A DNA stretch of 64,000 nucleotides from Candidatus Nanoarchaeia archaeon (GTDB taxonomy: Archaea > Nanobdellota > Nanobdellia > Woesearchaeales > ARS49): NCBI GenBank assembly GCA_041488275.1, contig JBGPOY010000003.1:14092-78091 (forward strand), in the 5' to 3' direction. The position numbers and the translations under genes were made by a program. This document shows, piece by piece, positions 35,264-41,935 of this stretch (position 1 is the first letter of the stretch; each line of letters begins with the position of its first letter). Under the pieces are notes generated by a model. The model worked only from the letters and a program-made list of their open reading frames with translations, was not told the DNA's origin and searched no databases.

Positions 35264-35304
35264 CTCTTTTTCAATTCGTGTTCTGCGCGCGTGCTATATA
35301 AACG

Positions 35305-36090
35305 TTACGCGCCCGCCACTTTGACGTCTCCTGGAGGAAGGGCGCGGATAATCTCGTCAAGGTCTCCCCCGCCAAGGTGTTTTTGGACTTTCTTGGCGGC
35401 GTCGCTCGGTTTGTCGCTGCCGTGCGTCACAAGCATGACCTTGGCGCAGTGCTTCCTTACCGCTCGTTCCGGACCGCCCATGATTCTTCCATCAGGCAGC
35501 AACCCGATGGCAAGTTTCAGCGACACACGCAGCGTTTGGCGCTTGCCGCGCACCATAAAGCTGCCCTTGCTCATGAATTCGCCGGACTGCGCTTCCTTGC
35601 TCACTTGCTCAGGAGTGACGCAGTACGCGTCCATCACCGTGACGCCAAGCTTCCAGCCGCGGGAATAGCTTGCCGTCGCTTGACTTGCCTCTTCCACCGT
35701 TGCCGGCTGAGGCGGGTTGCCTTCGGTCTTGATGACGAAGAACGGACTGCCGGGAGCTTCAGTATGACAAAGAAGGTCGTGCGGCTCGGCGTGTTTTTTG
35801 ACAATCACTTCGTTCGAGCCGGCATCCCTGCCGCCGACGCACAAGTAACCTTCGCTCGAGAGAAACCAGCGGAACTTTTCGTACCAGAGCCGCGACTTTG
35901 TTTCTTTGATGGTGACGGTCTTTGTGGGCGCAGAAGCGGAAGGGCGGGATTCGCGCGCGGCGAGCTGCGCCTTGAATTTCGCGACGGCAACGCGCGCGCC
36001 TTTGGCTTTGTTCTTCAGTTTTTTGGCGTGCTCGAAATACTCTGCCGCATTCTGCTCAACAGTCTTGCGCAAATCGAGGACGATACGCAT
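35305..36090 (-). CDS. Stand-alone NFACT-R (DUF814)-type protein related to the RqcH/NEMF C-terminal part
   Basis: WYEKFRWFLSSEGYLCVGGRDAGSNEVIVKKH...H.E.PGSPFFVIK is the NFACT-R signature. At 261 aa it lacks the N-terminal NFACT-N domain. Confidence 0.7.
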   Translation of the reverse strand: MRIVLDLRKTVEQNAAEYFEHAKKLKNKAKGARVAVAKFKAQLAARESRPSASAPTKTVTIKETKSRLWYEKFRWFLSSEGYLCVGGRDAGSNEVIVKKHAEPHDLLCHTEAPGSPFFVIKTEGNPPQPATVEEASQATASYSRGWKLGVTVMDAYCVTPEQVSKEAQSGEFMSKGSFMVRGKRQTLRVSLKLAIGLLPDGRIMGGPERAVRKHCAKVMLVTHGSDKPSDAAKKVQKHLGGGDLDEIIRALPPGDVKVAGA

Positions 36091-36091
36091 A

Positions 36092-36574
36092 TCAGCAGGC
36101 GCGGACGTCCTCAGTGAGAATCGCTTTGTCCGGACAGAACACTTGCCCCGCGTCGGTGTTCAGCACGGGAGTAAGCTTGATTTGCTGCGGCGTGCCGACG
36201 CCGGCGATGGAGAACATCGTCTTGAGCGCGCCCGCGGGAGCGATCGGCTGCTTCAGAATGTTGGGTGTCAGCGCGATGTTGTCCGTACCGACGACTCTCG
36301 CTTGCAACGCGTCGATGCGCGCGCCCGGACCGTTGTCGAGCGAAAGTTCCACGTTGGCGCCGTTGACGCACAATTGCGGAACGCCCTTGACGTTGATGAG
36401 CTGGAGGTCGACGGATTCACAGACGTTGGAATTCACTTCCGGCGTGCCTTGCACGAACGTCGCTTGCTGTTCGACATAGTCCTGTCCGTAGCTCATCACG
36501 ACCGCGCCGAGCGCGATGGAGAACCCAATCAGGAGCAGTGTCGCGAACAGGGGAGAAATGCCTCGTTTGTTCAT
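36092..36574 (-). CDS. Archaeal type IV pilin-like protein (class III signal peptide)
   Basis: MNKRGISPLFATLLLIGFSIALGAVV is a canonical prepilin N-terminus. SD gggaggg and TATA ctttatata lie upstream. Confidence 0.8.
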   Translation of the reverse strand: MNKRGISPLFATLLLIGFSIALGAVVMSYGQDYVEQQATFVQGTPEVNSNVCESVDLQLINVKGVPQLCVNGANVELSLDNGPGARIDALQARVVGTDNIALTPNILKQPIAPAGALKTMFSIAGVGTPQQIKLTPVLNTDAGQVFCPDKAILTEDVRAC

Positions 36575-36662
36575 GGTCGCCTCTTTTCCCTCCCTGTTGA
36601 AATCGTGCTATATAAAGATTGCTTCAGGTAGAGTGTAGCGTCTGAGCTCTCCACACGTTCAG

Positions 36663-36764
36663 CCCAGGCAGGATTGCCGTAGGTAGTAGTTTTGAACCGC
36701 GCAACGAACGATCAGACTGCCTGTGCCTCATGGTGACGACGAACCAAACTGCCTGAGAGCCTGG
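36663..36764 (-). repeat. Copy D (composite) of the palindromic repeat family in a divergent promoter region
   Basis: cccaggcagg...gcgcaac (reverse core), then actgcctgtgcctcatggtgac (matches the outer TIR of copy B), then actgcctgagagcctgg. Confidence 0.65.
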
Positions 36765-36819
36765 CACGGCGACACATTTGAGGCAACATTTATAACCCTC
36801 GACAAAACAAATCGGAGTG

Positions 36820-37521
36820 ATGGCTGCCGACGAGCTTCCTGAGGAATTGCGCAATCTCAGTCCTGAGCAGCTGCGCGACCTGCAGAAAAAGCAGTGCGTC
36901 TTCTGCCGCATCGCTGAAGGGGCAGTCCAAGCAAGAAAAATCTACGAAGATGACAGCTTCCTCGCGGTGCTGGACATCAATCCCGCGACGCCCGGTCACA
37001 TTCTTGTGCTGCCGAAGGAGCACTACAGCATTCTTCCGCAGTTTCCCGAAGAACAAATCGCGCATCTTGGGATGCTGGCGAAGCATCTTGCGCAGGCCGC
37101 GCTGCCCGCGTTGAAAGCGCACGGCATCTCCATCGTCGCTGCGAACGGGCTTGCCGCAGGACAGCGCGCGAGCCACTTCCTGCTCCATATCATCCCGCGC
37201 ATGGAAGACGACGGCGCCGGAATCACGCTTCCCGAAAACAAAATCTCTGGCGCGGACTTGCAAAAACTGCGCGTTCAGCTGCAGCCGTTTGTCAACCGCG
37301 CGCTCGGCAAGGACGTCGAGCAGGAACCGACACTTTCTCCTGCGGAACTTCCGCTGCTCGAAAAGAAATCAGCACAGAAAGAAGAGAAGCCCGCGAAAAA
37401 GACCGAACCGAAAACCGAGAAACGCACCGAACAGAAAGAATCCGACTCCAAAAAGGCATCCAAGCCCAAAAAATCCAACCTTGACGAGATTGCGGACTTC
37501 CTCGCAGGTGACAGGAAATGA
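36820..37521 (+). CDS. HIT-superfamily protein with non-canonical HxLxH triad and Lys/Glu-rich tail
   Basis: CVFCRI...TPGHILVLPKEH...AAGQRASHFLLHIIPR. The middle His of HxHxH is Leu. Confidence 0.75.
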   Translation: MAADELPEELRNLSPEQLRDLQKKQCVFCRIAEGAVQARKIYEDDSFLAVLDINPATPGHILVLPKEHYSILPQFPEEQIAHLGMLAKHLAQAALPALKAHGISIVAANGLAAGQRASHFLLHIIPRMEDDGAGITLPENKISGADLQKLRVQLQPFVNRALGKDVEQEPTLSPAELPLLEKKSAQKEEKPAKKTEPKTEKRTEQKESDSKKASKPKKSNLDEIADFLAGDRK

Positions 37522-38045
37522 GCTGCTCCCTGTGCGACCGGATTCAGAAAAAGGAAGGGCTGCTGTTCGAGGACAGCGATGTCGCAGCATTGCTCGCTCC
37601 GGCGCCGGCAAGCGCCGGTCACATCGTGGTCGCGCCGAAGCAGCACAGCGTTCTGCTGACGCAAGTGCCGGACTGGATTACGGGCAAACTGTTCACGCTC
37701 GCCAACAAGCTCAGCATCTCGCTCTTTGAAGGGCTCGGCGTGCACGGCACCAACCTGCTCATCCCGATGGGCGAGCCTGCAGGACAAACATCGCCGCACG
37801 TCGGCGTCCACGTCGTTCCCCGCACGGAAAACGACGGCATCAACCTCCTCTGGCAGCCCCGACAGCTTTCGGAAGAAGAAATGAGCGCGGTCGAACTGAA
37901 ACTGAAAGACGAAGTCAAATCCGTCGGCAGTTTCCAGAAAGAACCGCCCAAACCGAAAACCGAGCCGCCGAAAGCAAAGAAAGTCGAGCTCAAAATGAGC
38001 GAAGAAGAAAATCATTTGATTCGCAGTCTGAAAAGGATACCGTAA
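37518..38045 (+). CDS. Second HIT-superfamily paralog with HxGxH triad
   Basis: CSLCDRI...SAGHIVVAPKQH...GQTSPHVGVHVVPR. The middle His is Gly. Overlaps the upstream HIT gene by 4 nt. Confidence 0.75.
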   Translation: MSCSLCDRIQKKEGLLFEDSDVAALLAPAPASAGHIVVAPKQHSVLLTQVPDWITGKLFTLANKLSISLFEGLGVHGTNLLIPMGEPAGQTSPHVGVHVVPRTENDGINLLWQPRQLSEEEMSAVELKLKDEVKSVGSFQKEPPKPKTEPPKAKKVELKMSEEENHLIRSLKRIP

Positions 38046-38231
38046 TTATTGTTCGGTCTTGCGTTCTAAATCGCGGGCGTACACAATGCGTTCCGTACCG
38101 TTTTTGAAGTCGTAGATGATGGTCGCGATGAGCTTGCCTTCAGAACGTATCGGCGTTTCCGTGGGCGGAAGACATGCCGGACTTCGATACGGCCGCTCGA
38201 ATGCCCGAGTTCCTTCGTACAAGTCAAACAT
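38046..38231 (-). CDS. Small hypothetical protein, probably leaderless
   Basis: 61-aa ORF. TATA tttttatatt ends about 20 nt upstream of the ATG. Confidence 0.4.
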   Translation of the reverse strand: MFDLYEGTRAFERPYRSPACLPPTETPIRSEGKLIATIIYDFKNGTERIVYARDLERKTEQ

Positions 38232-38271
38232 ACATCGCCCGAGGAAGCTCGAATATAAAAATTATTGGATA

Positions 38272-39192
38272 CTAAAGAAGCAGCAGCGGATTGCCCATCA
38301 GCAGCGTCGCGACGAACGCGAGCAGGAACGACGGCACGAACGGAATGCCGTACTTGACCGGCACGAGAATTTTGTGGTGTTTCGCGAGTGTTTGTAATTC
38401 AGCGATTTGTTTTTTCGTGATGCCCAAGTCTTTCGGTCCGGCGATGCGTTTGCCCGCGACAACGACGTCGGTGACAATCCAGTCGCCTTCCATCAGCTGG
38501 TCGGGAGTAATCTGTTTCACCATGCACGCTTTCTCGACGGTGCGGACGATCATGAAGAACCAGAGCGTTGACCAGCCGATGGCGCCCAGCACCACGACCA
38601 AGAGTTTCGTGCGGGTATCGGGCATCAGCGTCAAGGCAATCACGACGCTGCCGAAAAGAAACACGTACGCGCCGATACGCATCAGCCGGAACGTCAGCGT
38701 TTTCGCGTTTTTCTCAAACGCAGAGGAAAATTCTTTGCCGTTTCGGACCGCGATGATAATCACCGCGACGACGCCGTAAATCGCGCCCCAGATGAGCGCG
38801 TTTATCAGAAATGAAATGGAAAAGTCCGTGAGCGAGAACTGCAGTCCAAAGATGCTGCCGAGCGCCATCATCATTTTGCTGTCGCCGCCGCCCCATTGTC
38901 CGGCGTAATACATCGCGAAGCCGAGCGCGACAAACGCAACAAGCCCGAGCGCGCAGTCCAGCAGCGGATGCCAGTCCCAAGCAACGATTGCCTGAATCAG
39001 ATGCAACCCGACTCCTGCGGCGATGCCCGCGAAGTTGAGCCAGTCCGGCACTTCGGTCGTTCGCAAATCAGTGATGGTGCCGATAACGAGAATGACTCCC
39101 GCGATGATGAGCGCCAGTTCGAGCATACCCGCACGCAAGCAGGCGCGTTTATAAACTCTGCGTTCCGGTTTTTCCGTCGCTATCGTCCTCAA
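38272..39192 (-). CDS. A24-family prepilin/preflagellin peptidase
   Basis: Polytopic membrane protein with both catalytic Asp motifs (ITDLRTTEVPD and GGGDSKMM). 306 aa. Confidence 0.8.
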   Translation of the reverse strand: MRTIATEKPERRVYKRACLRAGMLELALIIAGVILVIGTITDLRTTEVPDWLNFAGIAAGVGLHLIQAIVAWDWHPLLDCALGLVAFVALGFAMYYAGQWGGGDSKMMMALGSIFGLQFSLTDFSISFLINALIWGAIYGVVAVIIIAVRNGKEFSSAFEKNAKTLTFRLMRIGAYVFLFGSVVIALTLMPDTRTKLLVVVLGAIGWSTLWFFMIVRTVEKACMVKQITPDQLMEGDWIVTDVVVAGKRIAGPKDLGITKKQIAELQTLAKHHKILVPVKYGIPFVPSFLLAFVATLLMGNPLLLL

Positions 39193-39224
39193 AGTTTATT
39201 AATGATGAGCGCATAGAAACGCCT

Positions 39225-39944
39225 GTGCTGAAGGGGTTGGTGGCAGGATTACGGAAGCGTCCGAAGGCCGCGAACTTCCCGCGCCACATCGCCATCGCGG
39301 GTTCGGGTTCTCGTGCGTTCGCGCAGTCGCATCGCTTGAGTTTTGAGCAGGCGAGCGCGCTGAAGTTCCGCAACATCAAGGGCTGCATCGAAACGTGCGT
39401 CAAGCACCAAATTCCGATGCTCACGATTCATCTGCTGCCGCTGAACAGCGAGACCAACACCCTGTTTCCGCGCCTCATGGACGCGCTTGCCGTGTTCTTC
39501 GCCGATTTGAAATCGTGGGCGCCGGTGCACGCGCACCAAATCCGCATCAGCGTGCTCGGCAAATGGTACGATTTGCCCGGGCGAGTCGTGGAAAGCATCA
39601 AGGACGCGGTGCAGTCGACGCGCGACTACGACGCGTTCCACGTGAACTTCTGCGTGAACTATGACGGGCACGAGGAAATCGTGGACGCGTGCAAAATCGT
39701 CGCGCGGCAAGTGCTTGCAGGCAAGCTCGACCCCGACCACATCGACGCGCGGCTCATCAAGGAAAATAGTTACAGCTCAAACTTCGTTCCTCCCGACTTG
39801 CTCGTGAGGATGGGCACGCCGAAACTCGGCAGTCTCTTGCTATGGGACGCGCCCAGCGCGAAAATCTACGTTTCTTCTCACGCGTGGCAGGAATTCACTG
39901 CAAGGGATTTGCTTGCCGCCGTTGCGTGGTGGCAGAAAAATTAA
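39225..39944 (+). CDS. cis-Prenyltransferase (UppS)-fold protein lacking catalytic residues
   Basis: Collinear with UppS (HIAIAGSGSRAFA versus HVAIIMDGNGRWA; VNYDGHEEI; DLLVRMGTPKLGSLLLW versus DLVIRTGGEHRISNFLLW). The Asp, Arg and Ser positions are substituted. Confidence 0.65.
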   Translation: MLKGLVAGLRKRPKAANFPRHIAIAGSGSRAFAQSHRLSFEQASALKFRNIKGCIETCVKHQIPMLTIHLLPLNSETNTLFPRLMDALAVFFADLKSWAPVHAHQIRISVLGKWYDLPGRVVESIKDAVQSTRDYDAFHVNFCVNYDGHEEIVDACKIVARQVLAGKLDPDHIDARLIKENSYSSNFVPPDLLVRMGTPKLGSLLLWDAPSAKIYVSSHAWQEFTARDLLAAVAWWQKN

Positions 39945-40273
39945 GGGAACGGTCCTTCTGATGCGGGGCTTTGTTTGAGCAGTTCTTCCAGATTGATGTT
40001 GATGTACTCAACTTCGTACGTGGAGTTCTTTGTCTTGAAAATAAGCGTGTTGTCTTTGAGGTCAACAGCAACAACTGACGAAGTGCGCAGGGGCGCCTGG
40101 TTCTCGCGCAGGATGCACAGCTGGTCGCCCACTTTCGTGTTGTGCTGGAAGTACCGGAGATGGTCCGCGAGCGAGCCGCCCGCGCCGGAACGGCGGCTGA
40201 CCCGCGCGATTTCTTCGCCGTTCTTGCGGTACACGATTTCCTGACCGTCCCTAAAGATTTCCCCCACGAACAA
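39941..40273 (-). CDS. Hypothetical protein
   Basis: 110-aa ORF with a TTG or GTG start. TATA ttattatag lies nearby. No motif recognised. Confidence 0.4.
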   Translation of the reverse strand: MFVGEIFRDGQEIVYRKNGEEIARVSRRSGAGGSLADHLRYFQHNTKVGDQLCILRENQAPLRTSSVVAVDLKDNTLIFKTKNSTYEVEYININLEELLKQSPASEGPFP

Positions 40274-40313
40274 CAGAGAGAATAACGTCTATAATAATGT
40301 TGCACGCCTCCAG

Positions 40314-40330
40314 CCGTAAGCTTTATAAAC
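40314..40330 (+). promoter_or_regulatory. BRE/TATA promoter of the L7Ae-S28e-L24e-ndk cluster
   Basis: gtaagctttataaaccacccc lies about 110 nt upstream of the L7Ae ATG. Confidence 0.6.
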
Positions 40331-40354
40331 CACCCCTCTGGAACAAAGGTATCT

Positions 40355-40369
40355 CTGATGAGATGATGA
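40355..40369 (+). promoter_or_regulatory. K-loop-like D'/C' motif (CUGA-UGAGA-UGAUGA) in the L7Ae 5' leader
   Basis: ctga tgaga tgatga, followed by the 8-bp hairpin ccctcggc-aat-gccggggg. Confidence 0.5.
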
Positions 40370-40437
40370 CCCTCGGCAATGCCGGGGGGAATTGAGGGGG
40401 ATTGCGTTTCTACGTATTCCTCAGGAGGAATCAACTT

Positions 40438-40764
40438 ATGGCAAATGAAATGGCCGACAACGCGTTGCAGGCGATTGAAGTCGCCAAGACGACCGGCAAA
40501 ATCCGCAAGGGCGCGAACGAAGCGACCAAGGCAGTCGAGCGAGGCATCGCCAAGCTCGTCGTCATCGCCAAGGACGTCCAGCCCGCAGAAGTCGTGATGC
40601 ACATCCCGTTGATTGCGAAGGAGAAAGGCATTCCCTGCGTCATCGTTGACAGCAAGGAAGAGCTCGGTCAGGCAGCCGGCATCGGCGTCCCGACCTCCGC
40701 CATCGCGATTGTCGAGGAAGGCGACGCGAAGAAACTGATTGCAGAGATTAAGGCAAAGGCATAA
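40438..40764 (+). CDS. rpl7ae: Ribosomal protein L7Ae (eL8 family, K-turn binder)
   Basis: [31 protein letters not shown]...EKGIP. SD caggagg lies 8 nt upstream of the ATG at 40438. Confidence 0.93.
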   Translation: MANEMADNALQAIEVAKTTGKIRKGANEATKAVERGIAKLVVIAKDVQPAEVVMHIPLIAKEKGIPCVIVDSKEELGQAAGIGVPTSAIAIVEEGDAKKLIAEIKAKA

Positions 40765-40768
40765 TCCT

Positions 40769-41128
40769 ATGGCAGACGACAAAGCCAAAAAACCGGACGC
40801 GGCAGCGAAACCGGCCGCAGCTCCTGCGGCAAAACCCGCAGTTGGCGCTCCCGCGGGCAAGCCCGGCGCGAAGCAGACCGAACAGCGCGGCGCGGAAGCG
40901 GTGCGCTTCACGATGAGCTTCCCCTCGCGGGTTGAAGAAATCGTTGGTCGTACCGGCTCGCGCGGCGAAGCCATCCAAGTGCGTGTCCGTGTCCTGACGG
41001 GACGCGACCAGGACAAGGTCCTGCGGCGCAACGTCAAGGGTCCTGTCCAAAAGGACGACATCCTGATGCTCCGCGAAACGGAAATGGAAGCGCGGCCGCT
41101 CGGCAAGGGCGGACGCGGAAGCGTGTAA
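40769..41128 (+). CDS. rps28e: Ribosomal protein eS28 (S28e), possibly with a 48-aa Ala/Lys/Pro-rich N-terminal extension
   Basis: The [23 protein letters not shown]...RRNVKGPV...[13 protein letters not shown] core is present. An alternative canonical start, ATG 40913 (MSFPSRV), would remove the extension. Confidence 0.85.
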   Translation: MADDKAKKPDAAAKPAAAPAAKPAVGAPAGKPGAKQTEQRGAEAVRFTMSFPSRVEEIVGRTGSRGEAIQVRVRVLTGRDQDKVLRRNVKGPVQKDDILMLRETEMEARPLGKGGRGSV

Positions 41129-41130
41129 CC

Positions 41131-41352
41131 ATGGCAAAATGTTCCTTTTGCAGAAACACCATTGAGCTCGGCACGGGCAAGATGCTTATCCTGAAGGACG
41201 GACGCACGTTCAACTTCTGCTCGCGCAAGTGCGAGAAGAACCAGGTCAAGCTCGGGCACGTCGGCCGCGAGACCAAGTGGACGCTCTCCTACCGCCTCGA
41301 AAGGAAAGCTGCGGGAAAGAAGCACGAAGTAAAGAAAGAAGCTGCAAAGTAA
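41131..41352 (+). CDS. rpl24e: Ribosomal protein eL24 (L24e)
   Basis: MAKCSFCRNTIELGTGKM....DGR...FCSRKC zinc-ribbon signature. Confidence 0.9.
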   Translation: MAKCSFCRNTIELGTGKMLILKDGRTFNFCSRKCEKNQVKLGHVGRETKWTLSYRLERKAAGKKHEVKKEAAK

Positions 41353-41365
41353 GGTCTGCTCGACC

Positions 41366-41929
41366 ATGATTGAACGAACACTCATCCTTGCGAAACCCGA
41401 CGCGGTACAGCGCGGGCTCGTGGGCGAGATTCTGAAACGTTTCGAGCAGCGCGGCTTCCGCATTGTCGCCTTGAAGCTCATCAACCCGACCGAACAGCAT
41501 CTCGGCATGCATTACGCCGACGATCCGGTCTGGAAAAGGAGCGTCGGCACCAAAACACGCGCGTCAATGCTCGCGAAGGGCATCGTGATGAAGGAAACGG
41601 ACGAAGAAATCGGGGCTCGCGTGCGGCGCTGGAACATGGAATGTCTGCGCGCGCCGATTGCGGCGATGGTCTTCGAGGGCGAATCCGCGATTGAGGGCGG
41701 CAGAAAACTTGTCGGTTCAACGGAACCGAAGTCCGCGGCACCGGGAACGATTCGCGGCGATTACTCCAACGACAGCTACGGATTGGCGGACAAGCAGCAG
41801 CGCGTGTTGCGCAACCTCGTCCACGCGTCCGGCAGCGTCGAGGAAGCGAACAAGGAAATCACGGTCTGGTTTACGGACAAAGAATTGTACAATTACGAGA
41901 AACACGATACCAAAGTACTCTACGGGTGA
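41366..41929 (+). CDS. ndk: Nucleoside diphosphate kinase with an internal ~45-aa insert
   Basis: ERTLILAKPDAVQRGLVGEI..RFE.RGF.IVALK, TIRGDY, and NLVHASGS containing the catalytic His. Confidence 0.8.
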   Translation: MIERTLILAKPDAVQRGLVGEILKRFEQRGFRIVALKLINPTEQHLGMHYADDPVWKRSVGTKTRASMLAKGIVMKETDEEIGARVRRWNMECLRAPIAAMVFEGESAIEGGRKLVGSTEPKSAAPGTIRGDYSNDSYGLADKQQRVLRNLVHASGSVEEANKEITVWFTDKELYNYEKHDTKVLYG

Positions 41930-41935
41930 TACGAC

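Noticed and set aside
40355-40437. A complete C/D box sRNA gene in the L7Ae leader, and likewise in the tRNA-Tyr intron around GGATGAC at about 7185.
   Set aside because: Only the internal D'/C'-like pair is present in the L7Ae leader. There is no terminal C box upstream and no D box (CUGA) at guide-length spacing downstream. The tRNA-Tyr intron has only a partial GAUGA and no CUGA.
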